NCBI RefSeq assembly: GCF_006345805.1
Contig: NC_043001.1
Coordinates: 108,934,001-108,998,000, forward strand
Direction: 5' to 3'
DNA: 64,000 nt
Source: Octopus sinensis
Lineage: Eukaryota
Shown here: positions 13,695-27,750 of the stretch, piece after piece
How positions within the stretch are numbered: position 1 is the stretch's first letter
How the letters are laid out: every line of letters begins with the position of its first letter
Program-made: the position numbers and the translations under genes
Notes under the pieces: generated by a model
Told to the model about the DNA's origin: nothing
Seen by the model: only the letters and a program-made list of their open reading frames with translations
The model's database searches: none

Positions 13695-13800
13695 GTGGTA
13701 TAGCAAACATTGTAATAATAAAGGCTGTAATTCCATTGCTTTGATAGCAACAGTCTCTATAACATTCCTAGGCCATCTGTCATTTGCTCTGCTATTGTAA
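13695..13800 (+). CDS. Speculative terminal exon (WYSKHCNNKGCNSIALIATVSITFLGHLSFALLL*)
   Basis: Pyrimidine tract plus TTAG acceptor, a CxxxxCN motif, then a hydrophobic tail. No partner exons were found. Confidence 0.15.
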
Positions 13801-14284
13801 TGCCGTAAATATCTTAAATTTTCCTTGCTTTTATTCAGTAGCTTTGTAAACTAATTTTTCTTGTGTATGTTTAATTATTTGCAGCTTTTCATCCTGCTTC
13901 TCAAAATCGTCTGGTCAAGCTTAGTTACCAACAACTGAAAATCAACACTGGCGCCAGAAACTCTGGACACAAGCTATGGCAGTAATTTGCCAAATCAAAC
14001 GTGATGTCTAGCTGGGTAGTATTAAAATTACATATGTAGCTAATTGGATACTCATAACGGTTCCATGTAGAGGAATTCAAATGGATATTTTCACAAACAC
14101 ACTGAAACTTTACATGACACAGTCACAAAATCTCGAATGTTACACACAAACACACATGCATATATATATTTATATTTATATGTAGATATATTCATATGTG
14201 TGTCTATGTTTATGTGCATATACATACATATGCATATATATATACATATATATATATATACTTATACATTACATGTATACTACA

Positions 14285-14669
14285 TCTCTCTCTATATATA
14301 AAGCTGAAGTTGTCTGTGTATGGCAGGTTTGGTAGCCTTCAACTAACACTATCTCCCCCGAGACCCTGCGGCGCAAGTTGACCAAAATTGAGAGTATGAT
14401 AGAAGAAGGCTTGCTTTTCATTCCGTAGAAGAAAAAATTCAAATCAGACCATGTTAACACCAAAAATTATTTACATCAAAAAGGTGCTTTTCTTCTATGA
14501 AAACTCCTATTTTTTAATGATTTTTTGACTGCTGTGTCGCCATTTTTCGGTGTATTTCAACCAGAAAAATGTTCACTTAAATAGAATAACAAGCTACTTT
14601 TTACTTTTCAACAATTTCCAATTCTAAAGGGTCGAAACAAACCCGAGCAACGCCTGGCGATACTGCTAG
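14285..14669 (+). mobile_element. Non-autonomous Helitron
   Basis: Inserted at A|T, starts with TC (tctctctctatatataaagctgaagttgtctgt), and ends with the hairpin cccgagcaacgcctggc followed by CTAG|T, the canonical Helitron termini. Confidence 0.75.
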
Positions 14670-15177
14670 TATATATGTAAACATATATTTGTTAATATAC
14701 ATTTGTGCGGGAGGTATGAGTGTGTGTGTGTATGTGTGTGTGTGTGTGTGTGTGTGTACGTGGGAAATATACATACTTTTCCGTGTTTATGTATGTATAC
14801 TAACAGCCATACCCTGCTTTTTTTTCGGGCCGTTTAATACCAAAGTAATCAAATGATTTCAATTGGAAATATGTTGGTTAAATACATCTGCAGAACATGC
14901 TACCTTCATTTCATCTGGGAATGTTGGTTCATACCCATTCGGAGCATACATTTATACATTGACTCACGTTTATGTGTATACGTGCCGTGTATGTAAGTGT
15001 GCATGTATATATGTATAGGCATATGTAAATAATGTAGTGTAAGGATGATCATACTAAAACAAGATGCAAGATGTTTCGTGTACGTTCGATAGCAGCACAC
15101 TTGTGAGATTTGTATGCTATGGATTTAAATTGAACACATCAAAGCATGGCTACCCCGGACGTCCTGTGCGCAAAGCC

Positions 15178-15405
15178 TTTGTCTTCTTGTCTTGTCTTGA
15201 GACAGCATTCATCCGGGGTGGGTTGAGGTAGCTTCATTCATCTTCAATGCAGCATCTCTCACAAACCCCGACCTGGGCTGGCGATTTGAGGCTAACGATC
15301 ACGTAATCTCCAATCACTCCTTATTCCAGCGGTGAACGCCGTAGACATGGAGGCCTAGGTTGGGATCCAGATCAGCCTTGACTGTCATCAGCCAGGTTTT
15401 TCGTT
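15178..15405 (-). mobile_element. RTE-type LINE 3' fragment
   Basis: The minus strand gives RKTWLMTVKADLDPNLGLHVYGVHRWNKE*LEIT*SLASNRQ, followed by a short (CAAGA)n tail. Confidence 0.7.
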
Positions 15406-15555
15406 AAAATGAATAAAGGTATATTTGTTACGAAGGCGGACACGGTGGTTATTAAAAGTAAATTGTACACGGATGGGAACTTATGACAACGTACCGAAAT
15501 ACTATTTTCTTCACCAAATCGAATTAGCATTCAAGTGGAGGAAATATATACGAAG

Positions 15556-15606
<51 letters not shown>

Positions 15607-15824
15607 TTGGAGGTATAGTGAGTTGAAAGCAGTTTACTAGTGCAAGTGCAGTCAGCCGAAAACCTCGAGAACCGGATGGGTCATCAGGATAGAATGTGCA
15701 TCGATTGAGGGTTTTTTTCTCAACAGATTTACAGCACATCGGTCCTGCTCAGCAATGTGAGGCTCTAGCTACTAGTTCCACTGACTAGAAGTCGATCCCA
15801 TGTTCATATACATATATATATAAT

Positions 15825-16042
15825 TATTATTTGAGGGAATATAAATCCAAACTTACAGGGAAAACAATTCAATTAAGAAATACTAAATCAAACTTCACGC
15901 TATATATATTCAGATGAATTAGGTACTTAAGTTGAAGTACCAAAAATTAGTGCGGCATTATCAGTGCAACTCAAAATAAGGTGAATAAAATCAAAATAAG
16001 CAACAAGATATCCAGAGGTGATGCATATCCTGTTGCTTATTT

Positions 16043-16046
<4 letters not shown>
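15825..16046. repeat. Interspersed AT-rich repeat ending in a 22-bp fold-back
   Basis: atcaaaataagcaacaagatat (15990-16011) pairs with atatcctgttgcttattttgat (16025-16046), one mismatch. It abuts (TA)n. Confidence 0.55.
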
Positions 16047-16084
<38 letters not shown>

Positions 16085-16276
16085 TTTTATTCTTTTACTT
16101 GTTTCAGTTATTTGACTGTCGCCATGCTGGATCACTGCCTTTAGTCGAACAAATCGATCCTACGACTTCTTCTGTGGAAGCCTAGTGGTTTTTCTATCGG
16201 TTTCTTTTGCTGAACCGCCAAGTTACGGGAACTTAAACACACCAACATCGGTTGTCAAGCAACACAGGCGCACTTG

Positions 16277-16339
<63 letters not shown>

Positions 16340-16403
16340 CACACACACACACACACACGCATATATATACGATGAGCTTCTTTTAGTTTCCGTCTACCAA
16401 ATC
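16085..16403 (-). mobile_element. SINE F1, 5'-truncated, with internal (CA)n; an F3 tail fragment follows at ~16410-16494 (+)
   Basis: Reverse complement of the F1 tail and a partial head. Confidence 0.8.
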
Positions 16404-16914
16404 TTCTGCCATTTGCACGTTAATTTCATGAGCACTCTGTTCCGTTGGTCTAATCAACTGAAAACCTCGTCGTCGCAACCGACGGAGTGCCAGATATTAA
16501 AAGTGTTTTGTTAAAATAACATTAGTCTCCTTTTAAAAAAAATACATTTTATTACATTAATGATAATAAGTCATGACTAATAGCTATATTTTTAGCTAAT
16601 TGGATCATTTATTCCAGTTAATTTAAGCTATAAAACATAATCATAAACAAGGCAACTAAATTTTATTTTCGTAACACTGTTTCCGACATATCAAAAGGAA
16701 ACGATCGTATGACGGTGAATAGAACAGAGAATAATAACTTCACAAACAAATTATGAGATCATAAATGAACATAAAGCTGGAAGAACCTTTTAGGATTAAA
16801 ATTCTGAACTTTTCTTTTGTCAGACAACTGCTTCAACGATTTTAATCGATAAAGGAAAATTCTTGAATGAAATTAAAAATATGTTGTGCGTGTAGTCTAT
16901 GGGGGTAAATAATA

Positions 16915-17144
16915 TATTTCTTTACTACCCACAAGGGGCTAAACACAGAGGGGACTAACAAGGACAGACAAACGGATCAAGTCGCCTACATCGACGCCAG
17001 TGCGTAACTGCTACTTATTTAATCGACCCCGAAAGGATGAAAGGCAAAGTTGACCTCGGCGGAATTTGAACTCAGAACGTAACGGTAGACGAAATACGGC
17101 TACGCATTTCGTCCGGCGTGCTAACTTTTCTGCCAGCTCGCCGC
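16915..17144 (-). mobile_element. SINE F2-A, full-length monomer with an 18-bp TSD
   Basis: ctatgggggtaaataata at 16897-16914 and 17145-17162. Confidence 0.92.
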
Positions 17145-17224
17145 CTATGGGGGTAAATAATAAAGCCCCCGATGAAACACTGACTGTTTCATTTAATGAG
17201 AAGTTAATTTCATTGATTGGACAA

Positions 17225-17372
17225 CAGGTGCAGGCGTGGCTGTGTGGTAAGAAGCTAGCTTCTCAAAACGTTTCAAATCCACTGCGGAGTACCTTGAGTA
17301 AGTGTCTTCTATTATAGTCTCGGGCCGACCGAGGACTTGTGAGTGGATTTCGTAGACGGAAACTGAAAGAAC
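17225..17372 (+). mobile_element. SINE F1 head only
   Basis: ggcgtggctgtgtggtaagaagctagc...gtagacggaaactgaaag. Confidence 0.75.
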
Positions 17373-17562
17373 CCTCCAACTTTTAGTTCATGCAATTGAA
17401 AAAGCCGCATTAATCATGGGATAACCCATTGTATGTATATATATATATATATATATATGAGGTGGACGTGTCCTACGCCGCCACGAAAGCCTAAGTCACG
17501 TGGAAGTTATATACATACAAACATACATACATACGTACATATATACAAACATGCATGCATAC

Positions 17563-17765
17563 AAGAGGACATACACGGACCATTGATAAGGGGTTTGCAA
17601 ATCTAGCCCCCAAGATATTTTAGCAGTTTTGTACCTATTATTATTGGAGCAACAGGATACATACCGACCATTCTGGAGCAAAGTATGACTGAACTTGGAT
17701 TCTTGGAGAGAAAACGCAAACCCTTAATTCATAACGATACCTGGGACTATAAAAATCTGCATGAC
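17563..17765 (+). mobile_element. Dong/R4-like LINE 3' fragment (restriction-like endonuclease C-terminus)
   Basis: KEDIHGPLIRGLQI*PPRYFSSFVPIIIGATGYIPTILEQSMTELGF; the PIIIGATG motif is typical of R4/Dong C-termini. It starts in a (TACA)n repeat. Confidence 0.7.
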
Positions 17766-18289
17766 CCCCTTAAGATTTAAAGGATAAGGAACAAAACAGG
17801 ATTCTTTCCTTCACAACCCTGCCAACAATTAGCTGGACGGTAAAATATTTTTCTAAATTAAGAAGAGAAAGAGGACACACAGACACACAGATACAGACAC
17901 ACACATACACACACATATGCGCACGCAAAGCATAACATATACATAAATTATTTATTGAGACTGTGGACGAAACATTGAAGATAGGCAGATTTTAGAGAGA
18001 AAATATGACGAAGAATCCGTCGATAAACGAAAACAGGACAGAATAAATCTCTTAATGCGCAAGTTTAACGAAATGCAAGAAGCAGACTAATTCGTAAGAG
18101 TAAACAATGAACTATTAAGGGAAAGAGATATTAGATCACATATCTGTGGAGAAAAGTGGGTGGGGTGCTTCAAGTATTATCATTCCATCCATCTATCCTT
18201 CCTTCCATCCATTCATCCCTCCATGGACCCATCCCTCCCGTCCTCTCTCTCCACCTTCATCCATTCATTCTCTCGTCCATTTTCTCCGT

Positions 18290-18700
18290 CTAAATTTCCT
18301 GCGAAGGTCGCGGGAATAGATTCCCGAAGCACCTCTTCCATACTGTTCTATCAGGTGCAACCGCCATTAGACATTCCAGCTGGACTCCCAAGGGTGACCA
18401 AATGAGATTATGGATATCATCTTGGTCGAGCCCTAGATCTCCTGCCCTTTTACTCAGCTATAGAAAACTGTGCTGCGATTCATTCCCGCGGCATTCTCAC
18501 CACATGTCCGTAGAATAGGTGCTATGACCTCTCAACGTGCAGAAGTAGCGACTCTACCTGGAGAGAATCTCTGATCTCCGAGTTACGTACCGTGAAGAAC
18601 ACGCAAATTTCCTCCACACATACTATCTCGAATGGCTACGACTCAGCACCCACATCAAATGGACCCCCAAAGAAAATACTTGGTCTCTCTCTTTGTCCTC
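18290..18700 (-). mobile_element. RTE (Rex3-like) LINE 3' fragment
   Basis: The minus strand gives RNSEIRDSLQVESLLLHVERS*HLFYGHVVRMPRE*...KGRRSRARPR/DDIHNLIWSPLGVQLECLMAVAPDRTVWKRCFGNLFPRPSQEI*. Confidence 0.8.
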
Positions 18701-19697
18701 TCCATATGCAACAGTGGCAACCCAAATATGAGAGACTTACTATTGTGGAGCACATTGTTGAATATATCTCTGGATAACACACTGGCATCCAATCGACAGA
18801 CTGCATAAACACTGCGTAACTGTATGCAATTTTTTTTCTCTCAAGCTACAAAACTAAAAATTGGTAGCCGCACTAACGAAAGGTGCATTCTAGAGAAATA
18901 ATTACTAAGTTATTTTATTATGATTTTTCAATACAATTAACTAAGATAAACATATTTGCTGTCTCCACTAAAGGCACGACTAAACTAGGTTATTAAATAG
19001 TTTTTGTGCACACAGACAGCTACTAATTTCTCTGGTCTCTGGTTTTAATTTTCTATTTTCTGAAGATATCGTTTTAAATACACAATATATCCATTGCACA
19101 TTTTCTAACATTTTGGTAATTATTAGCACTTTAGATTTTGGAAATGGGCAAAAATATAACCATTTCGAAGTAATGGAAAGAAGAAAATTTTGCCTGAAAT
19201 ATTGATGTATTGGATGAAAATATTTTCATATTAAGTGAACAACTGTCAATGGATTTCTACGTTTAAGCAAGAATTCTAATAAAACATTATAAAGAAATTA
19301 ATTTTGTTTTCTAAATTAAAACATTAATTGCCTTATCGGAATTTTGATTAGTTTTTTGAAATTAATTTACGTACATTTGAAAAAACTTATCTCTTACCTA
19401 GTAAATACGCAGATGTTTTCAATGGCAACGAGTATTATATCCTAACACTTCACCTTCGGGGAATATTCACCGTTATTTAATCAGTAATACCATCAGAAAA
19501 AAAAAAATTTCTTAACCAGTAATTAGCCACTCAATATATAATCTATCGCACCACCGTAATCTTGCTGATGGAAGAAACGTAGAGAGGCCTGCATTTGTCT
19601 GTTACTAAGAAAATCTGATAGATTAGTCATTACACCAGCTTTCGAAGTAAGCATCGGATGTTGGAATGATAAATCGCCTAACAAGATGCTCTCACTC

Positions 19698-19733
<36 letters not shown>

Positions 19734-19879
19734 ACACACACAGACAGACAGACAAACACACACACACAAACATATATGTGTGCGTGTGTTCGTATATGAA
19801 TGAAAATATGCATATACATACAAATATGTCTAAATGCATATATGCAATATGTGTATAAACGTTTTTATTTATCTATCAA

Positions 19880-20009
19880 TCACTCTGTGTATGTATGTAT
19901 GTGTATGTATGTATGTATGTATGTGTATGTATGTATGTATGTATGTATGTATATATATATATATATATACCTATCTATCTGTATCTATCTATCTATATCT
20001 ATATATCTA

Positions 20010-20103
<94 letters not shown>

Positions 20104-20126
20104 ATCTATCTATCTATACCTATGTA

Positions 20127-20169
<43 letters not shown>

Positions 20170-20250
20170 ATCTATCTATCTATCTATCTATCTATCTGTG
20201 TATCTATCTATATCTATGTATATCTGTCTGTCTATCTATCTATTTAGATA
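19880..20250. repeat. (TATG)n/(TATC)n microsatellite
   Basis: Direct reading. Confidence 0.95.
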
Positions 20251-20537
20251 TATGTGTTTACATGATTGTGCAAGTGGATATCGCCTTTCATAATTTTTAC
20301 ACTTCAATCATACAGATGAGATAAAGTAGTTTTATTTATTTCTTTTCTCATGTATCTGATTAACTGACTTCGTTACACATTTGTCTTTATCGTGTGCTTT
20401 CTTCTACTTAGAATAAGAGAACGACTAATAATCCCAACTTTCATATTTCTTTAACTATGCTTACAGGCGCCTAATCAACTTTAGTACAATATCGGCAGTT
20501 ATAGAGTGAAACCTAAGCTACACACATGCAAATGAAG

Positions 20538-20598
<61 letters not shown>

Positions 20599-20614
20599 AT
20601 ATATATATATATAT

Positions 20615-20670
<56 letters not shown>

Positions 20671-20929
20671 TGATATGACTAAAACATCCAACAATTTGCA
20701 TTCTGTTTTGCTGTTTAGTTAAATAGATGCAAATATGAAAGTATGAAAGCAGAGTGTAAAAAATATGAAAGGAAAACCGACCTAATAGAACTTCTACTAT
20801 TACACTAAAATCCTGTCTTTCATACTTCTTTTTTTTATGTGTGTGTGTGGTGGGGTAGGGGAGTTGTAAAATATCTAATTTATTTGCATATTTTTACTTT
20901 ATGGTTTCATTACGTTCTAACTTCCAAAT

Positions 20930-21590
20930 CTCCTTCAAGGTCAACATAGCCCTGTCGTCCTTCCGATGTCGTTCGGGGTAGGTAACAGTGAAATCATGGA
21001 ATTGCTGTAATCAACCGACCCCGTTCTATCCCTCAAAATTGCTGGCCTTGTGTCAAAATTAAAAATCGTATTGAACCTCTTCCATAAATGCAGCAGTTTG
21101 GTAGAATCGGTTGCATGCCGAGGCTTTGCCTTTTATCCCTTTCTGGGTCGATAAATTAAGTATCAGTTGTGTACTGGGGTTGATCTAATAGAATGGACCC
21201 CTCTCCAAAAATCTTAGGCTTTGTCTCTAGAGTAGAAAAGAACCGTTTGCATACCAGACCAAATACATAGCGGAAGAAGTAACAGTGAATTCATGGAATT
21301 GCTGTAATCAACCGACCCCTTTCCGTCCCTCAAAATTGCTGGCCTTGTGCCTAAGTTAGAAATTCGTATTAAACCTCTTCCATAAAGGCGGCGGTTTGGT
21401 AGGATCGTTTGCATACCGGACCAAATAGTTAGCAACATTTCTTCCGGGGTTAATTCCGAGTTCTAATTCCTCTGCGGTCAAATTTGTCTTTTCATCTTTT
21501 CAGGGATCGATGAAAAATGTTTCAGTCAAGTACTGGGGTTAATGTAATCAAGCAACCCTCTCCCACGAAATGTCAGGCCTTGTGTGATAT
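20930..21590 (+). mobile_element. Degraded SINE F2-B cluster containing a ~145-bp direct repeat (about 20983-21125 and 21280-21425)
   Basis: taacagtgaa.tcatggaattgctgtaatcaaccgacccc...cctcttccataaa occurs twice, alongside F2 core motifs. Confidence 0.65.
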
Positions 21591-22304
21591 AACTTCCATC
21601 GACTAATTCAATGCCCGTACCATTATTTCTACTATTTTCGAAATTTCTCTGAAGCTATTTTATCGGCCATTTTCCTTTGCTTATTTATGCATTTTCCTTT
21701 CTTCATTTCTTTCTTTCGTGACCGACAAAGTTCAGAAAGACGACATTAGACTCCAGTGAGTCGACGTCTCGAACTTATTTCCATCTTCGATTGAAGATAG
21801 TTTTTCTACGTGCGTCACTGATGCTCTTGGTTAAAAATTTCTAAGTCATAACTTTTGAACGCTGCTTAAAAACGGACAAGACATGACATTAAATCAAACG
21901 AAAACAAGCACTATATTCTGCTTTTGATTCTCTTCATTCGCTATAATTTAATTCATATATTAAAGAGGTGAGGGGACAAAAATACAAAAGCAACGTGCGT
22001 ATATATACACACACACATACATACATACAGACGCCTGTTGTTATTTCTTGTTTGTATTCGTAATTCTGTACCATATTCTCCGCTTTTATTGTTTATTTGT
22101 TCTTTTTTGCCTTTGTTGTCGTACACATTCGCTAGCTTTCTCTTACAAAGGAGTCTAATGCACTTAGCTTAGACGTTTTTAGGGATAACCAGATCGAACC
22201 ATCGCAACAGTAACTGTCCGAAACAGTCCTGACTTCTGGTACCTGATTGAAGAAAGAAAACCAAGAATTACCCGTCTTTTTTGCCTGTCCTTCTAATTGT
22301 TTCA

Positions 22305-22950
<646 letters not shown>

Positions 22951-23569
22951 TTAAAGCTAAGTGACGATAATAGATAACAAAGCTACATCTAAGATAAAAC
23001 GCTACAAATTTTTGGCAAAGGTTACAGATGGTCATATAAAACTCGGTTGTTGATTGCTACTTATTTTATCGATACGGAAAGATGAAAAGTAAACTCGGAC
23101 CCGAAGAGATCCGAACTCTAAACATAAATAGTGATTACTACAAGACATTTTCCTCATTTTTTTTTTCTGTCGATTCTGTCAAAGCCACCTCACTAAGTGA
23201 TGATAATTAATAACATAAAGCAGTTTCTTTATTATTGCGATTCCCTTTATAGCAATTAATAAGAGAAACAAACATTTATTGAAACTAAATAGCATCAAAG
23301 TTTAGATTGGGTGATTGTGCGATCAATCATCGCGTGAGATTTATTTGCATCGATCAATAATTCTTTTGGTTATAACGAAGTAAAGAAGACGTACAGTGTC
23401 AAATAGACAAATGTTCACAATAATCATGAAATGTTGAAACTCTCTAAGCTATCGCCGAACAGCAAACAGACGCTGGCTAATTTTGTAAGAACGGCTGTCA
23501 CCGTTGAGTAGGCGGGAAGAGCGAGAGACAAGCGGGGGAGGAAGAAGAGGAGGGACAAAGCAGGAGCAA

Positions 23570-23578
23570 AAGCAAATG

Positions 23579-23620
<42 letters not shown>

Positions 23621-23705
23621 GTAATAATAATAATAATGATGATGATAATGATAATAATAATAGTAATAATAATAATAATAATAATAATGATGATGATAAT
23701 AATAG

Positions 23706-23755
<50 letters not shown>

Positions 23756-23766
23756 TGATAATAATA

Positions 23767-23811
<45 letters not shown>

Positions 23812-23830
23812 GTAATAATAATAATAATGA

Positions 23831-23890
<60 letters not shown>

Positions 23891-24170
23891 AATAAACAAG
23901 AAGGTGCGAAGGAGAAGAAGGAAGAAGTAAAGAAGGAGTAAAGAAAGAAAAGAGAGAAAGAAGGGGGGAAAGAGCGAGAGAAGGAGGAGAGTAAAGATGA
24001 GAAGAAGGAGAAAAGCGAAGTGCAAAGAGAATAAGAAAGAACAGAAGGAAGCCAAGAAGCAGGAATAGAATATTAAAGAAAACGGGAAGAAAGGCGAAGG
24101 AAAAGAAAGAAGAGAAGGAGAAGAAAGCGGGGGAGGAAGAGGCGGAGGGGAAGAAAAGGGCGTGGTATAG
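23570..24170. repeat. (AAT)n/(GAT)n array followed by a purine-rich GA tract
   Basis: Direct reading; this is the source of the 240-aa low-complexity ORF. Confidence 0.9.
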
Positions 24171-24672
24171 AGGAATGTTAATAGAAATTTACCTTTTATG
24201 ACAATATCAGGAATATCCAATTAAAATAAGTCCTCATAATTGCAGCTTAACTACAAGGTCCAGTAATTGATAAATACGAGGAACTGGGAATTGGACAGGT
24301 AATGCTTTCCGCCCCCACCCTTCTCCTCCCACCCGACGACAAACTCCCTGACATGGCAGGTGATGTGAAATAAATTTTAAAAGTGGGAGTTACTACTGGT
24401 TGCTCAACCTTGCTAGAAATAGTCAGTGCTTGAATCTCTATTAAGTTACAGCCTACTGTCTTTAAATAAATAAATAAATAAATACATAAATAAATAAAAG
24501 GGAAGACACTTTAAAAGATATTTCTTTAGGGAAATATTAAATCTGAAGTAAAAAATATATAAAAAAACAAAACAAAATTTAAAATAAAATTTAAAAAAAT
24601 AGTGATCGGTCAAAGCCGGAACGCTTTTTATTGTGGATTTGATTGATCAAGATTGGTCGGGGCTAAACAACA

Positions 24673-24703
<31 letters not shown>

Positions 24704-24858
24704 CAACAACAACAACAACGACGACGACAACAACAACAACATTGTCGTTGACGACTATGACAACTGTAGCAAATGCGACAAAAAAACAACAGCAAAAAAC
24801 AATAACAGAAGCAACAGCTACAGTTAGGACTACACTACCATCAATCCTGCAGCTGCTG

Positions 24859-24896
<38 letters not shown>

Positions 24897-24904
24897 GCTA
24901 CTAC

Positions 24905-25660
24905 TACTTTTCTTTTATACTGTAGGCACAAGGCCCAAAATTTTTGGGAGAGGGGCCAGTCGATTAGGTCGACCCCACTACGCAACTGGTACTTAATTTA
25001 TCGACCCCAAAAAGGCTGAAAGGCAAAGTCGAACTCGGCGGAATTTGAACTCAGAACATAAAGACAGACGAAATACCTATTTCTTTACTACCCACAAGGG
25101 GTTAAACACAGAAGGGACAAACAAGGACAGACAGACGGATTAAGTCGATTATATCGACTCCAGTGCGTAACTGGTACTTAATCTATCGACCCCGAAAGGA
25201 TGAAAGACAAAGTCGACCTCGGCGGAATTTGAACTCAGAACGTAACGGCAGACGAAATACGGCTACGCATTTCGCCCGGCGGGCTAATGTTTCTGCCAGC
25301 TCGATGCCTAATAAATATTTCTACTCTACGCACAAGGCCCGAAATTTTGGGGGGAGGGGCTCAATCGATTAGATCGACCGCAGTACACAAGTGGTACTTA
25401 ATTTATCCACCCCGAAAGGATGAAAGGCAAAGTCGACTTCGGCGAAATTTGAACTCAGAACATAGCGGCAGACGAAATACCTGTTTCTTTACTACCCACA
25501 AAGGGCTAAACTCAGAGGGGACAAACAAGGAGAGACAGACATATTAAGTCGATTATATCGCCCCAGTGTGTAACTGGTACTTATTTTATCGATCCCGAAA
25601 GAATGAAAGGCAAAGTCGATCTCGGCGAAATTTGAACTCAAAACGAAATGACAGACGAAA
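24905..25660 (-). mobile_element. Two adjacent SINE F2 A+B heterodimers
   Basis: The junction gacagacgaaatac|ctatttctttac occurs at ~25077 and, as ggcagacgaaatac|ctgtttc, at ~25480. Confidence 0.85.
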
Positions 25661-26430
25661 TTGATAGTCTAAATGTTACCACAGACCTAGGATAACATCG
25701 ATCCCTGCACCTTGATTTATGCTTGTACATTATAGTTCAATCTCTAGAAAACGCGATGTTAGAATGTGACACCAGGGAGACATGAATGAATAGCTTAGAG
25801 AGGTCAGATTCAATAATGGTGTTCTGCGCAGCTTCTTACTAATTCTGTCATTTTGCCGCTTTAATGTTCAGAGTATATCTCGATTTTGGATTTGGTTTGC
25901 AAGATACTTTATATGAGTTCGTGTGTTGAAACATATTCTGTTGTTCCTGAGGAAAGTCATTTTCTTTTTGTGCTTTATAATTTAACACACTCACCGGTAA
26001 AATTTCCACTTATTTCTTATTTTTATTTTCCTAAAATTTTCGTTGCGTCTTGCAACCTTTTCAATAATCTCTCGAATATTGTACCTCTGAGTTATTTTGT
26101 GCGAACAAGTTTTATATTAACGCTTTAATTATTCTCTAATCAACACATCCATCCGTCCACCAAAAATATTGGTGTTCCTGTTTTTATCCAGTTTGATCCA
26201 TTAATTTAACCTTTACAGTGGTATCATGGAAATATAAGAAACCTGGAATTGTAAATTTTAAATCCATTTTAACTAAAATATAACAGGTTAATTTTTTCTT
26301 TTTGAAATTTTGGTCTTTTATTAAGTAATTTGAAATTAAACTGGGCCATCTGATAATTGTAGAAAAGAGAATAAATATATAAAGCAAAGAAAAAATCAGC
26401 GGAAAAAAGGTATTACGAAAATGCCTAGTT

Positions 26431-26667
26431 ATTGGGGTTGGTGCATAATTATTGCGGCTTTTTTCTAACAAATTTTATTTAACGAAAACAATAATAATAT
26501 TTAACAAAAACATCTTTAAATGCTGGTCTGACCCTCAACAAAGCAAATGGGAAGCAATAATTGAAGTAGATGGTGAATATGCTCCGGAATTATCATTTGA
26601 TGATGTTTTTGTTACATGTTATTGTTTTTGTTGAAAAAAAGCCGCAATAATTATGCACCAACGCAAT
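26431..26667. mobile_element. Mariner-derived MITE (~237 bp)
   Basis: TIRs ttggtgcataattattgcggcttttt and aaaaagccgcaataattatgcaccaa are perfect complements. The internal SKWEAIIEVDGEY resembles a mariner transposase C-terminus. Confidence 0.85.
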
Positions 26668-27647
26668 TCATAGTAACACAGTTACTGTTCGATATTGGTG
26701 ACTAGACTACATAGTAAACGAAAATAAATGTAAATAGTGGTATATTTTGTTTTGTTGATATTTGGGTTAAATATTTCTACTTTTTATGTAAGGAAATGAA
26801 TGGTGGGTTTCGCAGATTTTGTTGTATATTTGTAGTTTCAATTTTCTGTAAACATTTCAATAAAAAAAAAGATATTCATAATTAATTTTAGTTGTATCGA
26901 TGACGAAAATATATTGATCTCCGACATGTGAAGAGGAACCACATTAGCTTTAAAAATTGATCAATTTTACATTAGCAACATAATTAGTTGTGGGTGAATT
27001 GAAGGGAAACGGCTTTGTGTTAAATAGAACAGTTTGCAGGAAGAAGCAAAAAACCCACGATGAAAACTGCCTGTTCAAGTCTGTGCGTATTTTAAGAATA
27101 TGGAACACGAGACGTTTTAGAAGCAATACGTTTTATCTTAAATATTTGATCAGAATTTACACTATGTTCATACTGAAAATTTGTTACACGAATAATCTGA
27201 TACCAGTGCGTTAAGATCGATATAACGTATCAATCAAACAATCCGTATGTATTTACTTTACAATCGTTCGATAGATTGACTAATTCTTGTTTTGTTTTTT
27301 TAACGTTTTCTCTAAACCAATAAGTTAATTTTTTCGTACTAATTGTAATTCATTACTTCTCGAAATTGTATTTATCCTTTGGTTTTTCCGAGCTCGATTT
27401 TGAGAGTATATAAAACATGCTTCATTTGTAATATTCTCTTACTAATTGAAATGGTAACTGTTTGTGGCTAGATGTGCGGTATCAGTGAAAAATAAGCCGT
27501 TTTGTTTTGAAAGTAGCACACGTTTTGTAATATCTACTACCATTGGGTGACTGAGTCGCGGAAGCAGTAGACTAACAGACTAAGCCATATTTATGAAATA
27601 GCAATGACAACGACACAACGTAGGACCGAACCGGGTTGCAGATTCAT

Positions 27648-27750
27648 TCTTTTCTACTCTAGGCACAAGGCCCGAAATTTTGGGAGAGAAGACCAGTCGA
27701 TTAGATCGAACCCAGTACGCAACCGGTACTCAATATATCGAGCCCGAAAG
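27648..27750 (-). mobile_element. SINE F2-B 3' part, ending at a perfect palindrome
   Basis: tcttttctactctaggcacaaggcccgaaatttt...cccgaaag, then gttcatatcgcgc-g-gcgcgatatgaac. Confidence 0.75.
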
